A stretch of DNA of 64,000 nucleotides from Folioceros fuciformis (taxonomy: Eukaryota). Positions 30,438 to 44,082 of this stretch are shown here, in pieces. The notes beneath the pieces were generated by a model. It searched no databases. It was not told the origin of the DNA and saw only the letters and a program-made list of their open reading frames with translations. The stretch spans positions 1 through 64,000 of the forward strand of contig JBNGIO010003079.1 in the NCBI GenBank assembly GCA_049999805.1. The letters run 5' to 3'. A program made the translations under genes and the position numbers. Every line of letters begins with the position of its first letter. The stretch's first letter is position 1.

Positions 30438-31202
30438 TTTCTGGTGCACATCCTTATGTTGTAATAGGTGAGACTACGTTGTTGCTGCTTGTATACTATC
30501 TAGCGTAGTAGCAGTATCCTTTTCCTCCTCCAGTAGTGCTCTTGTTGAAGACTGTGTAGCAGCAAGTCAACCACGGGTGCTCTTGCGGGGATTGCGTGCT
30601 GATGACGTCTCCGAGGTTGCTTGGCATGATGGACGTTGAGAGGAGCCAGCCACCTTCTTCTGTCAATTTCACCAATTTTTGTTTCTTCAGGATCTGTCCT
30701 CCATAGCTTAAGTGTAACATGTGTAGTCTTCTTTTTCTGTAAAATGTTGACTGGGGTTCCTTTCCTCATCCAGTCTCGTCTCTCGTGGTGTACGTGGATC
30801 ATTGTTTGCCGCCTACTTGACCACTAGTTCACGTCTTGCCTTGCGACATGCTTTCTTTACCTTTGTGTGTGGCGGCTGAGCATAACTCAAGCCCGATCTT
30901 AACAGGCCACGGCATCCGAGTGTGGCATCTATGATGATCACCGTACGCCCGGTAGCCTTGACAACTGGACATGCCCATGTTCTCCCTCTAACATCCACTC
31001 CATCCATGGTAGTAGGCTTTCGATACGAAAAAATCGTTCTCTTCTTCGTTCGTGTTGCTGTTCGTTCTTGGACCTCTTTGCTATTTGTTCTTCTTCTATC
31101 TTCTTGTTCTCCCTTTTGTCTTCTTGGGTTCCTTCTGTTTTGTTTTTCTTCTTTTACTTCTTCACCTCCAACACACTTGTGATGTAGAGTCTTGAGATTC
31201 AC

Positions 31203-31311
31203 ATTGTGTTGTATGGTTTGTTTCCTCTGCATCCCTCCTCCCATCTGCCATTTGTGCTATTGTGTTGTATGGTTTGTTTCCTCTGAATCCCTCCTCCCAT
31301 CTGCCATTTGT
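31203..31311. repeat. Tandem duplication, 56-bp period
   Basis: attgtgttgtatggtttgtttcctctg(c/a)atccctcctcccatctgccatttgt at 31203 and 31259. Confidence 0.9.
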
Positions 31312-32488
31312 AGCACACAAGAAGATGTGGGATGTGTCACACCAAGGTAGGAAATACGTGACGCGGAGCTTTATGTATGAATGGGATGGGGATGCTACAG
31401 GTGGTGGGCCCGGAGGTGGGAAGGCAGGAGACGAGGACGGGCTGCTAACTGGCGTCAAACGAGCAAGCAGATGGAGCCGGTGGCGGGCGGCTCATAACAA
31501 TTTTGCCTACGTGTGACTGGACGCAGGAAAGACTTAAAAGGAAGTGAGATTAGGCCGCTCATTTTTGACCGCTCTTCTCCTCCCAGGCTGGTTCTCTGTT
31601 ATTTTTTCCTTTCTGGGGCGAGTGGGTTGATTCTCGTGCCTGAGGACGCCCCACGTATGGACCCAGGGTTCATGTGCAGGAACGGAACAGGACATATGGG
31701 GGACGGAATGGAGGGGACGGGACGGAATGGGATTAGAGGTCGCCGCCGTTGCGGACTTCAACATTTGTGTCCCTCGGACCAATGAAAGTGCTCTCTCGCG
31801 TACGTCAGCCAGCACCCTGACGCGGTTGCATACCACAGGCTCCTCCATGTCATTCGGGCCTTCTTAAGGACGAGCTTCTCCACCGACTGTCACACCTTCG
31901 CTGGATTCCAGTCGGACACATTCCTGACCCTGCCTGGCAATAATCCGACTCTCAGGCTGGTGACAATGCCGGTGAGGCAGCTCGCGTTTGATCTTTCTTG
32001 CTTCACGTGTTCTCCACTAGTACTGCAAAGTTCTACCACGACGCAAGGATGCAAGGATTCCGAATTGTGTGATTGCAGTGCTCTTGTGTGCTAGGGAAAT
32101 TTTGGAGCAATGTGATGTTGCAGGAATGCTTACTCCAGGTTTTGTAGATTCGTTGAGGGAGATGATTCTTGGCATGAATGAATGCCTTCTCCCATCAGGA
32201 TGGATGGTTTCGCATATTCAGGGATTGCTTGTCGAGAGGCGGATACGAGGGACTTGGTGATCTTGCTACACTCTGCTCATGACAGAACTGTATCCGGTTT
32301 GTGCAGAACCAGAGACAACTGACAGGCGCTAGTAACCGAATGTGCGGAGCAGATCGGCAGCAGTAGCTGCAGCGCGGCATTGTGTGAAGGAAGCTGGCCT
32401 AACGTCAGGAGTGCCCCTTCTCGACCTCGCATTCACGCGCCTCGCATTCAGCGGACCGAAGCGCGCTTCGCAAGTCTCTCGTCACAGT

Positions 32489-34138
32489 ATGAGTGGAAGC
32501 GTCTCGAAAGTGATGGCCTGGGTGCCTGCCCTGGCGATGCGGAACGGTGGCAACATGAGCTGCCTCCACGACAACGCGTTTCAGTACGACGCGAATTTCA
32601 GTGGCAGCTCTGATCTCCGTTCGCTGTGCGGTGGCGCTCCCTGGACAGAGCGACTGGTCGCAGCGGTGGATCAGGTACTGGCGGCCAGCGTGTTCAAGGC
32701 TTTGGATGGAATAGGATTGGATATCAGGCGTCCAAGTCCGAACACGGCCGCATTACCGTTCGTAAAAAGTCCGACACCCGTCGTGGTAGCTATTACCTGT
32801 TACTTGTTTATGGTATTCATATGGTCCCTTCAAATCAAGCGGGCGGGCTTGAAACCCAGACACCACGATCCCATGCCGTTACGGTGTCTTGTCATTGGCC
32901 ATAACCTGTTCCTTGCTGCACTGAGCATCTTCATGGGCGTTGGATTGATCCTCGAGGCCTGGAAATCTGGGTAAGCTTCAGTCAGGGCCATTCGGTTCCT
33001 GCTTGAGAAGTTAATGTCATCTGCTGCTCTAAAAGTGACGTGACCGTCTAACTTTTCTTACATACTGGTTATTGTACAGGTATTCTTTGTGGGGCAATCC
33101 CTACAAGGATGCTGACGTCAAGGTAAACGTCAGATGGAATTTTCTTCTTGGTTCGTGTTACCAGAAAATTACAAGTATACTGATAGAGACTCAATCTGCT
33201 TATTCTGGTGTAGATGGGCTTCTACATCTATATCTTCTACGTCTCCAAGCTCTACGAGTTTGTTGACACGGTAATGCACTTTGATGCTGCCGAGCAATCG
33301 GTACTGCTGTGTGCAAGATGTCTGTTAGAATAGCACGCTCCCCAAGGGTGACAGCTCATGTTGAAGTCATGGGTTGCAGGGTATAATGCTCTTGAAAAGG
33401 AATCTTCGTCAAATCAGTTACTTGCATGTCTACCACCACGCAAGTATCTCGTTCATATGGTGGATAATGGCGTATCGCTGCCCTGGTGGCGATGGTACAT
33501 CTCTCTTTCTTCCTAGTTGCTCCTCCAGTTCAATGTCATTAGCTTGAGCTGCAGCATATTGCCACAGTTTCTGATTTGTTCCCCGCCAACGAATTGCAGC
33601 ATATTTCTCAGCAGCGTTCAACTCTTGGATTCATGTGGTTATGTATGTGTATTACATGCTCGCTGCAATAATCGCCAAGAATGAAGCAAAGAGACGAAAG
33701 TACCTTTTCTGGGGCAAGTAAGTGCGATGTGCACGCCGTTCTCCTGTCCATTGCTGCCCTCCCGACTACTTGTGGAGTAATGGGTGTGCCCCTCCCCGCA
33801 GGTATCTCACCATGATGCAGATGTTTCAATTCATGTCCTTCATCGGACAAGCTGTCTACGGGATGGTCAAACCAGGTCTCTACCCAAAGGGCTTGAGTGC
33901 GGTGAGTATGATCCCCTTTGTCGTCATTCTCCTCCTGCACTCTTGTTTGTTAGCTGTCTGCTGTGCTCGTTTCCTAGAGTAGCAGAGCACATGCGATCGA
34001 AACTGTGTTGGTCTGACCCACGTTTTACTACTGCAGTTACTGTTTTTCTACTCGTTGTCGCTGCTGCTGTTCTTCAGCAACTTCTTCTTCAAAAAATATT
34101 CCAGACCCAGACAAGCGTCAGCGCACAAGCTTGACTGA
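32489..34138 (+). CDS. ELO/GNS1-family fatty acid elongase, resembling bryophyte delta6-PUFA elongases (multi-exon; start uncertain)
   Basis: YIFYVSKLYEFVDT, His box QISYLHVYHHASISFIWW, NSWIHVVMYVYY, KYLFWGKYLTMMQMFQF; ends ...HKLD*. Confidence 0.9.
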
Positions 34139-34536
34139 CGTAGGGGAAAGCAGGCGATGTGTTGAAGAACTTAGGAGTAAAGTATATCGGCTGTGTCAGC
34201 TCACCTAGCCGATCAGTGTGACGCCAAGTTTTGTAGTTTTCTCACTAATTAGCAGTGAGGTTGAAATGTGTCTCCACAACTCCGTTCCGTCCCTAACGAC
34301 GTTACCCTGTGAGTTGCTGTAGAGGGAGACCGCAAATTAGACCTGAACAATGTTTTATTCTGTAAACACATAGTCATTTTCCTGTTGGATTTCGGCTACA
34401 AAACTTCTGAATCCTATTCCTCTGCCAGGCTCTCAAGAATATCCTATTCTACCAAGTAGCGGCTTATAGAGGCTGGCCTGAGTGTGACGAAGTGTATCAG
34501 CTCTGACAAATTGAAAAGGTAATGATGCTTTCGAAA

Positions 34537-35524
34537 CTATAAGATTTCCACCTGTGACGCCATCTTGCATTGAGTGAAGAGCCGGCGCTGTTTGCGATCC
34601 TGCTTCACAGCTAGCACCAGGCAATCAGAGTGCTTCATGCAGTACTTGGGAGTGTCTTCTTTCCCCAGGATCCTGCAGTTATCCCAGACCTACCCCTGTC
34701 AAGATTTCAAGGCCTCAACATCACATCAGACCACGCAATCTTCTGGATGCGACTTCCAGGCTACGAGAACTCACCTCCATAACAGTCCTCGTCTGTGCTG
34801 TCCCAGGATTATTGCAGAGGCCTTCAACTTCTTGGTCACCGACACTATGGTAGGGCCTTGATCACCTTCAACAACTATGATCTCCACTCTTGCCTGCATC
34901 TCATGCAAGAAAAACTTGTCTCCGTCAGCCTGGCATGCATCGAGGATTCCCATGGATCTACAGACCCGAGTACACAGAGTCGAATTTCGCGCAGCCTGAT
35001 CAGGATTGGTGTTCAACATTCATTGAGAACTGCTACACACCTCAGGATTTTGACGGTCACACAACTCCTTGAAGGACAGAGCAAGCTGATAACCTTTGAG
35101 CCGGAGGAGCCTGCGAGTCCTGTCCACAACCTTGGCCCCGCCCTTAAGCAGGGATGTTGCACTGTGAGCTGCGCACCCACCACCACAGCCAGGGTGTTGG
35201 CCAAGGACGATTAGACTGAGCTCGGTTGGAGGAAATAACCCATAAATACTACACTGAATGCAAATTGTGCGCCCAAGCTGCAGGCAGGCAAAGAGGAGGA
35301 GGGCAACGAGGAGGCCGAAGAAGAGCACCGGAGGAAGAAGAACGGGCAGGGATAGAGGGGTGCACATGCAGCAAGGTGATAATGTCTCCCCTGCGGACCA
35401 CATTGAGCATGGCCCAGCGCAATGCAGCCCTTGCAGGCTTCACATCATCCACCACCACCACCATCCTCCTCGCCTCCTGCCCATTCGCCTGAGGCCGCAA
35501 GCACCCGCTTTTATCCCATTCCAT
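34537..35524 (-). CDS. Universal stress protein (USP/adenine-nucleotide alpha-hydrolase-like; multi-exon)
   Basis: RRMVVVVDDVKPARAALRWAMLNVVRRGDIITLLHV, VEIIVVEGDQGPTIVSVTKKLKASAIILGQ, YCMKHSDCLVLAVK. Confidence 0.85.
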
Positions 35525-36660
35525 GCACCCCACTCTCCTACCTCCCCCCTTCCTCCCTCCTCTCCTACTTCTGCCTACTAGAGAAACACACACATTTTTC
35601 CACCTCTGCCTCCACAACCACCTTCAATTCCCCTTCCTTCCCCAACCCACCATATCCGCCTCCAATTCCAATTCTGCGACCCCGCCAGGCACTGGCGCCG
35701 CCATCACATCCTTCCCCGTCCCTTGCGGCCTCCACCCGAGGACTCACTTGCCTGGGGCCGGCATCGGGGAATGGATTCCGTTACGGTAGCCCCGCTGCCG
35801 AACCCGGCGCCCGCATCGCCTCCCCAGGCAGGCCGGCTGGGGCCAGGACACCACAGCAGCGGCAGCGACGTAGGCACCTGTCCCGTCCAGCCTAGCCACC
35901 GTGGGGCCATAACGCTTGCTATTCATAGCCGGCCGGCGACAGTGATGGAGCATGGCTGCCCTTCTCGCACCCAGCGCCCGGCCTAGAACTCCTCGCCTTC
36001 TGACGGGCGGGAAGGCGGGCGCGCAGCCCTGCAAGCCCGGGTGCCTACTGGGGCTCGAGTTCCCATTCGGCCTCCCAGCCTATACAGGGGGCTACGTGGC
36101 GACGGACAGCAGGACGACCCATGGAGACCTAGCCCGGGTGGTTCGTACTCCCAGCCCGGACAAAGGGTCCACCGCCTGCCTTGGGAACAGGATATCTTCG
36201 GACCGACCGTAGAGATTTTGTGTTCTGGATTCTGCACTGGCTTCTGTTCCGTGATCTGAATTATTATGACCTCACGAAAAGCCTGAACATTTTGCTACGC
36301 CAAGCCCCTGCCCTCAGCTCGCCTCGCCAAGCTCTCCTTGGCGCAACAACATTTACTGCCCAGGCCATTCGCCGCTAAAAACAGAACAAAGAGAGCGTCC
36401 CACATGTACGTTCTATGCCCTAGAACGTACATGTGGGCTCCCTCTTTTTGTTTCCCTGGAACTTCTACTAGGGGGGTCACTCAACATTGGCGTTTGTTGC
36501 CTTTAGGACTACAGTATGCATACATAGTCGCCGGACCTTAGATAACATAACCATGGCTGATTTCCATGAGGCCCATAAAATCCAGAGTAACTCAGATCTT
36601 ATAAAAGCTTGATGCATGCTTTTAGATGTCCATGGGCACACGATTTCAACAAGTTTCTAT

Positions 36661-37050
36661 GACACTAGCTTGTGAGCAGCATGGATTGGGCGCACAAAGA
36701 GAAGCATGTTCTCAAGAACAGAATGTGAGTAGCGAGCAGAACTCCATGCGTGTGACACCAGCTTCCTAGCAACATGCGTTGGGCGCACCAAGAGAAGCAC
36801 ACTCACAAGAACAAAATGCAAGTAGCAAACAAAACTCCTTACATATGACACCAACTTGCTGGCAAAATGCATTGGGCGCACCAAGAGAAGCACGCTCACA
36901 AGAATAGAATGTGAGTAGCTAGCAGAACTCCATGCGCGTGACACCAGCTTGCCAGCAACATGCATTCGGCGCACCAAGAGAAGCATGCTCACAAGAACCA
37001 AATGCAAGTAGCAAACAAAACTCCTTGCATATGACACCAGCTTGCTAACG
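36661..37050. repeat. Tandem repeat, 93-bp unit, ~4.2 copies, alternating A/B variants
   Basis: gacac..(a/g)ctt starts at 36661, 36754, 36847, 36940 and 37033. Confidence 0.92.
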
Positions 37051-38898
37051 GCATGGAACTGTGCATAGTGAACAAAGCTCCATGCATAAAACATCACCTT
37101 GCTAGTGATATGGAACTTGAGGTTGAGCCTGATCTTGTAGGTCGGGACACAAACAAGAAGCTAGTACTTTGTTCAATACTTGCTTCTACAACAACCTTGT
37201 GCGTTGCCTTGAATTTTATGGAGAGGGGCGCAAGGGGCTTCACAAGTGATACCTAGATTGTAAGAGTACTTGCCTACTATTTTACGTCATGTCTAATGCG
37301 CGGGGTGTGTGGAAATGAGAGTGAAGTGTTAGGGAAATAAGAAAAGACATACCAATACAGGCTTGTAGCCTTGCCACTCTTGATTCCGATGCTGGTGCTA
37401 AAGATCATAAACTTTGCTAGAGGTGGTCTTTTGCGAAAGTTTCAAGAGTTTGCTGCAACTCCCTATCTTTAGGGATAGTACTTGTTGTTATCCCTTTCTT
37501 TAATGATATCAGAAGTTGAATTTGTTACAATTTGGTCATAGAATGCAGCTCTTAGAGTTTACACTAGCCATATTCTCTACTGCCATGAAGTTTCACCTTC
37601 GTTTCGTTCAACTTGTGGCATGCTCTCTCTCCTCTTGCAATTGTAGGATGCCACTTGATAACTCTAGAATGCATCTTGCCCGTTGCCCACCTACAAAGCA
37701 ACGTATCTTGCTACACACGATATCGCGTAAAATGTCATGTTTTCGGTGGCCTAAGTAGCCAATTTTCCACCCCTTTAGGATTCAGGGTTGACCATGAACT
37801 CTACTCGACAACATTTCTCTCTATGGTGACCTTTTCTTCATTCAAGGAGAACAGGTTTTTGTTGCAAAATGTGGTCATAACAAATCGCACAGGGGTCTTG
37901 GTTCGCAAGCCTATTGTCCTCAACTTATCAAGGTGGGTGGTAGAGGGAATTACATCAACCTAAATTTACAAGTACACCCGTTTGTACAATAAATACATCG
38001 TTATCTCCTTGCCATAGGGACCCACAATGCCATGTGCAAAGCATTTTCCAAGCTTTTGCAAACTTGCACCAAGGCAGGTTACAACAAGAAAACCGAGCTT
38101 GGTCCTTCTCTATCATGTATTGTAGCGTGCTTTCTTCACAGTATTTTCATTGTATTATTACAAGTATTTGCTAATGCTAAATATAATAAGACAACAATGC
38201 TAAGGGAGGTAGCATTAGTGACTTTCACTATGATATCTTAGGTACTGTGCATAGTTGTTAGGCTAGAAGGCTTTAAAGATTAGCTAAAATCATGTGATTA
38301 ATTTTGGTGGCTTATCTCACCTCTTTCACCATCTTATTTTTCGTAAGTAAAAAAAAGTCCTTGCAAGATATCTAAATAATAATTATTATTACAATAGTAT
38401 TATGTAATACATGCTATAATAAAACATAAAGATAATATGTATCATTAATTTAAATATGCATAGAGTACAATGCAAAGGGGTGATATGTATGGAGAATAAA
38501 GGGATGCACAACAAATAAAGTCCATAAGTATACTTCCATGTGATACCTTTTCAAGGTTTATCAAGGAGTGTACCAAGGTTTATTAGAGTAATAGGAATGG
38601 TGTTCTCCCTCTTTCCTTTGTGGTGGCCTTCTTTTGATAATGTGTATCCATTGCTTTGCAACGAGCATTAGCCAATGAAGTTTTTAGAACAGCAACAAGC
38701 GCAGGTCAAGCAGCTTCTTCGGCATCGGTGGTAGGTAAGCCTTTTGTTATCCACATCATGACATTTTGGGAGTAGTAAGTAATTTTTGAAAATGATTTTC
38801 GCAGGGGAGAGTACCTCTTTTTGCCTTTGGCCCTCATAGGGTTGTTCCTCCGATCTTTGGAGTAGATGAGACTTGTTGAGTTGAAATTAATCCAACAC

Positions 38899-39047
38899 TA
38901 TATTGTTATGGATATTTACCGTTTGCCTCATAGCTTTTATAAACTAATTCCAAAGCAACAACATTAAGATATTATATTGTTATGGATATTTATCATTTAC
39001 CTCATAGCTTTGACAAACTAACCCAAAAGCAACAACATTAAGATATT
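38899..39047. repeat. Tandem duplication, ~74-bp period
   Basis: tatattgttatggatattta...ctcatagcttt...aaagcaacaacattaagatatt occurs twice. Confidence 0.85.
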
Positions 39048-39808
39048 TAGAAAACAATGCTTATACCATTTAAGATCAGTGACCGTTCTACGAAAAATAT
39101 TGCAAAATAAATTAAGTAAATTTGCTATATAGAACACCTCAAATTTAAATCTACAATGGGACGCTATTTTAGCACTATTAAATACGAGCCTTTCTCTATA
39201 ATCCATAAAAACATCCAACTAGGACATATATGCAAAGTAGCTCTCTTTAAAAGAAGTCCCTACTTTATATTTATGAGTAATATTTATAGGATTGGGGTAA
39301 ATTTTATAAGTGGATTTTTAAGCCCACAATTAGAACAAGAAGAGAAACCAAAGCAAAGATAAATATACTGCGAGTATTGAATTGGACAATGCAAAAGGTG
39401 ACAATAATCAAAAGAAATCCTCACCCCCCATTTCGGAGGGATTCACAACCCAAGACATAGAAAGAAGACATTCAAAGGCCCTAAATACTCATCGTCTGAT
39501 GAGCTGGAAAGCCGAGTATAGAAGATTTGTGGGTGGAACGAGACTGTACTGTTGGTAGTAGTTGAGGTGGTTGCCAGTTGGGTTTCAAGGCCAACCGTCT
39601 TCTAAAAAACGGAGACGAGTGACTCGCACTGCTCTACACTACACACCATCCAACAACCAACAAATCCCAAACACATACTTTCACGTCGTGCAGAGATGCT
39701 CACGTTGTCTCAACAGGAACAGGATGCAACAGCTGAGCAATACAGTACTCCATCTACATCCCAGGGGACTATACTTCCAAGCTCTTTCTATCTGTGTGTC
39801 CTGTATCA

Positions 39809-42800
39809 TGAAACCAAGAGTGTCCGAGATCTGCCTCTGTTCGTCTTGAACAACGTAGGCTGCGGCCTTGGTTGAAACTGGAGGTGCTCCTCGTCCCCAA
39901 CCATAAAGCTGTGCACCAGTCCGTCCTCATCTGTCCACCAGCTCACATGCTGATGCATCTCTCGGGTCTAGCTTCACTGCTTCGTTGAAGGCGTGGCATG
40001 CCACCTCCAGATTTCTCCACGTTCGACAGGCTCCCAACAGAGTGTGCCAAACTGCCGCACTTGATGATACAGGCATAGTTCGTATCAAATCTAGTGCCTC
40101 ATTCAGTAGTCCTGCGCCACCCAGGAGATCCACCATGCATGTGTAGTGGCTCTCTGTGGGAGTGATGCCGTCATGACTCCTCATGGCCTCGAAGTACTCG
40201 CGGCCCTCGTCCACTAGACCAGCGTGACTGCACACTGTTAGCACACTAAGGAATGTGATGCCGTCTGGCTGGATGTTGTCCTCTTTCATTGTGCGGCTCA
40301 AGTCAAACACCACCTCACTGTTCCCCTCACAGGTGTACCCTGAGATGAGAGCGTTCCACATCACGTCGTCTTTTTCAGGCAAGGCATCAAACACCTGCTG
40401 TGCGTCAACGGTGCTGCCAGACTTTCCATACATATTGATCAAACTCCCGGCTATGAATACATCCACCTGAAGCCCTTGCCCCGCAATCTGTGCATGTAGT
40501 TGCCGTCCCATATGCAGGGCGCGCTTACATTTGCACATGCCTGTAGGAGGCACACGAATGTCACCGGGTCAGGCACACCCCTGCCTTCTTCTCGCATGGC
40601 ACTGTAGAGACGAAAGGCTTCTTGACCCATACCCTGCTGAGAGTACCCTGCAAGCATGGCATTCCATGTCACCACGTTTTTTTCACCAAGTCCGGCAAAC
40701 ACTTTTTCTGCGTCTCCCACGCTGCCACACTTTGCGTACATGTTCACCAGACTGCTGGCTACAATTAGATCAGCTTGATGTCCCCCTTCGCGGATCTGCT
40801 TATGGAGTTCCTTTCCCTTCTCCAAACCGAGGGCGCCAAAAGTTGTACATGCCTGCAAGAGGCACACAAATGTCGCACAATCAGGTAAAGCCATGCCATC
40901 ATCTTGCATGGCTCTGTAGAGGCAAAAAGCTTCTTGCACCATATCCCGCTGGATGTACCCTGTTATCATGGCATTCCACATAGCCAAATTTTTTAGACCG
41001 AATTTGTCAAACACTCGTCGAGCGTCCATCAAACTGCCACACTTTGAGAACATGTTTACCAAACTGCTGGCTACAAACGCGTCACCTTCGTATCCCCGTT
41101 TTCTGATCTGCGAATGAAGCTCCTTCCCCTTCTCCAAGGCTGGAGTGCCCACACCTGCACAAGCCTGCAGGAGGCACATGAATGTCACAGAATCAGGTGA
41201 AGCCATGCCCCCTTCTGGCAATGCACTGTACAAACAAAGGGCTTCCAGCCCTGTGCCCTGCTGGGCATACCCTGCTATCATGGTATTCCAAGTCACAAAA
41301 TCTTTTTGACCAAGTCCATCAAACACTTTCTGGGCATCCTCCAAACTTCCACACTTTGCATACATGTTCACCAAACTGCTAGCTACGAACCCATCAGACT
41401 CATGACCTTGTTCTCGGATCTGCATATGAAGCTCCTTGCCTTTCTCCAGAGCTGAGGAGCCCACACTTGCGCATGCCTGCAGGAGGCATGCATATGTCAC
41501 GGAATCAGGTACAGCCATGCCTTCCTCTTGCATTGCACTGTACAGACCAAGGGCTTCCTGCCCCATACCCTGCTGGGAGTACCCTGCTATCATGGCATTC
41601 CACGTGACAACATCCTTTTGTTTGAGTTCCTTGAACTCTCGGTGGGCATCTTCAAAGCTGCCGCACTTTGCATACATGTTCACCAAATCGTTGGCTATAT
41701 ACACGTCTGCTTCATGTCCTCCTTCTTTGATTTGCTCGTGGAGCTCTTTGCCCTTCTCCAGAGCTTGGGGCCCCATACTTGCACATGCCTGTAAGAGGCA
41801 TGAAAACGTCATCAAATTAGGTGAAGCGAAGTCTTCCCCTATGAGAGCACCGTAGAGACGAAGGGCTTCCTGCCCCAAGCCCTGCTTGGCATACCCTGCT
41901 ATCATGGCATTCCATGTCACCACTTCCTTCTGACCAAGACCATCAAACATTATCTGAGCATCGTCCAAGCTCCCACACTTAGCATACATGTTCACCAAAG
42001 CATTAGCTACAAACCCATCGCCTTCATGTCCGTGCGCCTTGATTTGTGCATGAAGGTCTTTCCCCTTCTGCAGTGCCAGGTTGCCCACACTTGCACATGC
42101 CTGCAGGAGGCACAAGAATGTCACAGAATCGGGGACAACACCACCCTCTTCTTGCATTGTAGTGTAGAGACGAAGGGCTTCATGCCCCTTGCCCTGCTGG
42201 GAATACCCTGCAGTCATGGCATTCCAAGTCACCAGATCTTTATGACCAAGTCCATCAAACACTCTCTGAGCATCCTCCAAGCTGCCACACTTGGCATACA
42301 TGTTCAACAAACTGCTAGATACATACACATCACCTTCGTATCCTTCTTCTCTGATTTAGGTGTGAAATTGCCTCCCCAGCCCCAACGCATGGGTTCCCAC
42401 ACTTGCACAGGCCTGCAAGAGGCTCACATATGTCATGGAATCTGGTAGGACTACACCTTCTTCATGCATAGAACTGTAAAGACGAAGGGCTTCCTGCCCC
42501 ATTCCCTGTTTGCAATACCCTGCTATCATCGCATTCCATGTTACTACATTTTTTTGACCAAGCCCGTCAAACAACCTCTGAGAATCCTTCAAGCTGCCGC
42601 ACTTGGCATACATGTTTACCAAGCTGCTAGCAACAAACACATCACCTTCGATTCCTCACTCTCGAACCTGGGCATGACGCTGCCTCACCTTCTTCAACCC
42701 TGGTGTTCCCAAATTTGCGCATGCCTGCAGGATGCTTGCATATGTTACAGAGCTGGGTACAGCCGTGCTTCCTTCTACCATAACGCTGTAGAGTCGAAGG

Positions 42801-43875
42801 GCTTCCTGCCCCAGCCCCTGCTGGGCATGCCCTGCTATCAATGCATTCCACATCACCCCATCTTTTCAACCCCATCAAGCCCAACTCCATCAAACACTCT
42901 CCGCGCTTCTTCCAAGCTGCCACACTTTGCATACATGTCCACCAAGCAACTAGAAACAAACAAATTATCCCCAATGCCACTGGCCAACACATCAGCATGC
43001 ACCTGCTGCCCAGTTTTCAAATCCAATCCTCTTCCACAAGCCTGAAGTGCTGCTACAAACACATGCCCATTTGGCCTCACACTAGACCCACACATTCTCC
43101 GATACAACTCTATGGCCTCCTTGTATCGTCCATGTCTGACGTGTGCAGAAAGTATGGCAGACCACGTGAACGTATCCGGCTCAGCAACAGCATCAAACAC
43201 CTCCACCGCATCTTGCAACCTGCCATGCGAAGCGTACATTCTCAGGACGTGAAATGCCAGGAAAGTGTCTGACTCGTACCCCTTTCTCACCACAAAAGCA
43301 TGTACCCGCCTACCAAGCACAAGATCTTTGCTTCCAACACATTCTTTCAGGACAGCATACAAGAGAGACCCTGAAACCTCACAATCTGCCTGTACCAGAC
43401 CTTCCAAAGCCTCCACAGCCTCAGTGAGATGCCCCTCCTTACATAGCCTGCTGACGGTTTCAACAGTCACGCCCCTACCGTCACCTGCAGGCCTGCGACA
43501 GTCAGGATCATCTAGTAAGCTCCTGTTAAAGCCACAACGACCCATCCCCATATCCAGAGCAGCAAGCTGTACACCCACCCAACCGGGCTTGCAGAAGTCG
43601 TTTAACCAGAGAACCTCGTGAGACTGCCAGTCCAGGAAGTCTGGCCACCAGAGGCTCATCGCGATCAGCACGTTATCCCACCAAACTGTTGGGTCCTCGA
43701 AGAATTGTCTCCACAAAGCTTCCTGGCGAGGTGGGCAAGCCCTGTCTCCAGCTACACATCTTCTTTGCCTTGCAAAGATACATAGCTTCCAGACTTGGTT
43801 GTGCGCCAGCAGTTGATTCCTGGAGGACATGCGAGCAGAAGCTCTTCGTAAAATAACCATCACGCCACCGGCCAT
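39809..43875 (-). pseudogene. Disrupted PDF-motif + PLS-class PPR-E gene with WW-type PG-box; paralog of 44083-48177
   Basis: PPR reading frame is split across ORFs 42853-44064, 42656-42856, 42356-42640, 40451-42328 and 39927-40553. An in-frame TAA lies at 42356-42358, E2 is partly deleted, and SWWTDEDGLVHSFMVGD is out of frame at ~39893-39943. Confidence 0.88.
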
Positions 43876-44082
43876 GGCATGGCCTGAGCCATGCATCCAA
43901 GCCGCACGAACCCATCGCTTGTAATCACTGCCTCTCATAAATGCAGGTGAGCCAAAAAGACGAACGGATTGGATACAAACGCATGTTAGAAACAACTTAG
44001 CTACTTCCATGAGTAATGAAAGCAAATCGAGTGCGCAGCGACAGTGAGCGCTTGTTGCATCCATGGCGGGCCAGCGTGTGTC

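Noticed and set aside
42356-42358. In-frame TAA at a Gln position as a possible U-to-C editing-repaired stop
   Set aside because: Such editing is organellar. This is a nuclear locus that also has frameshifts and a deletion.
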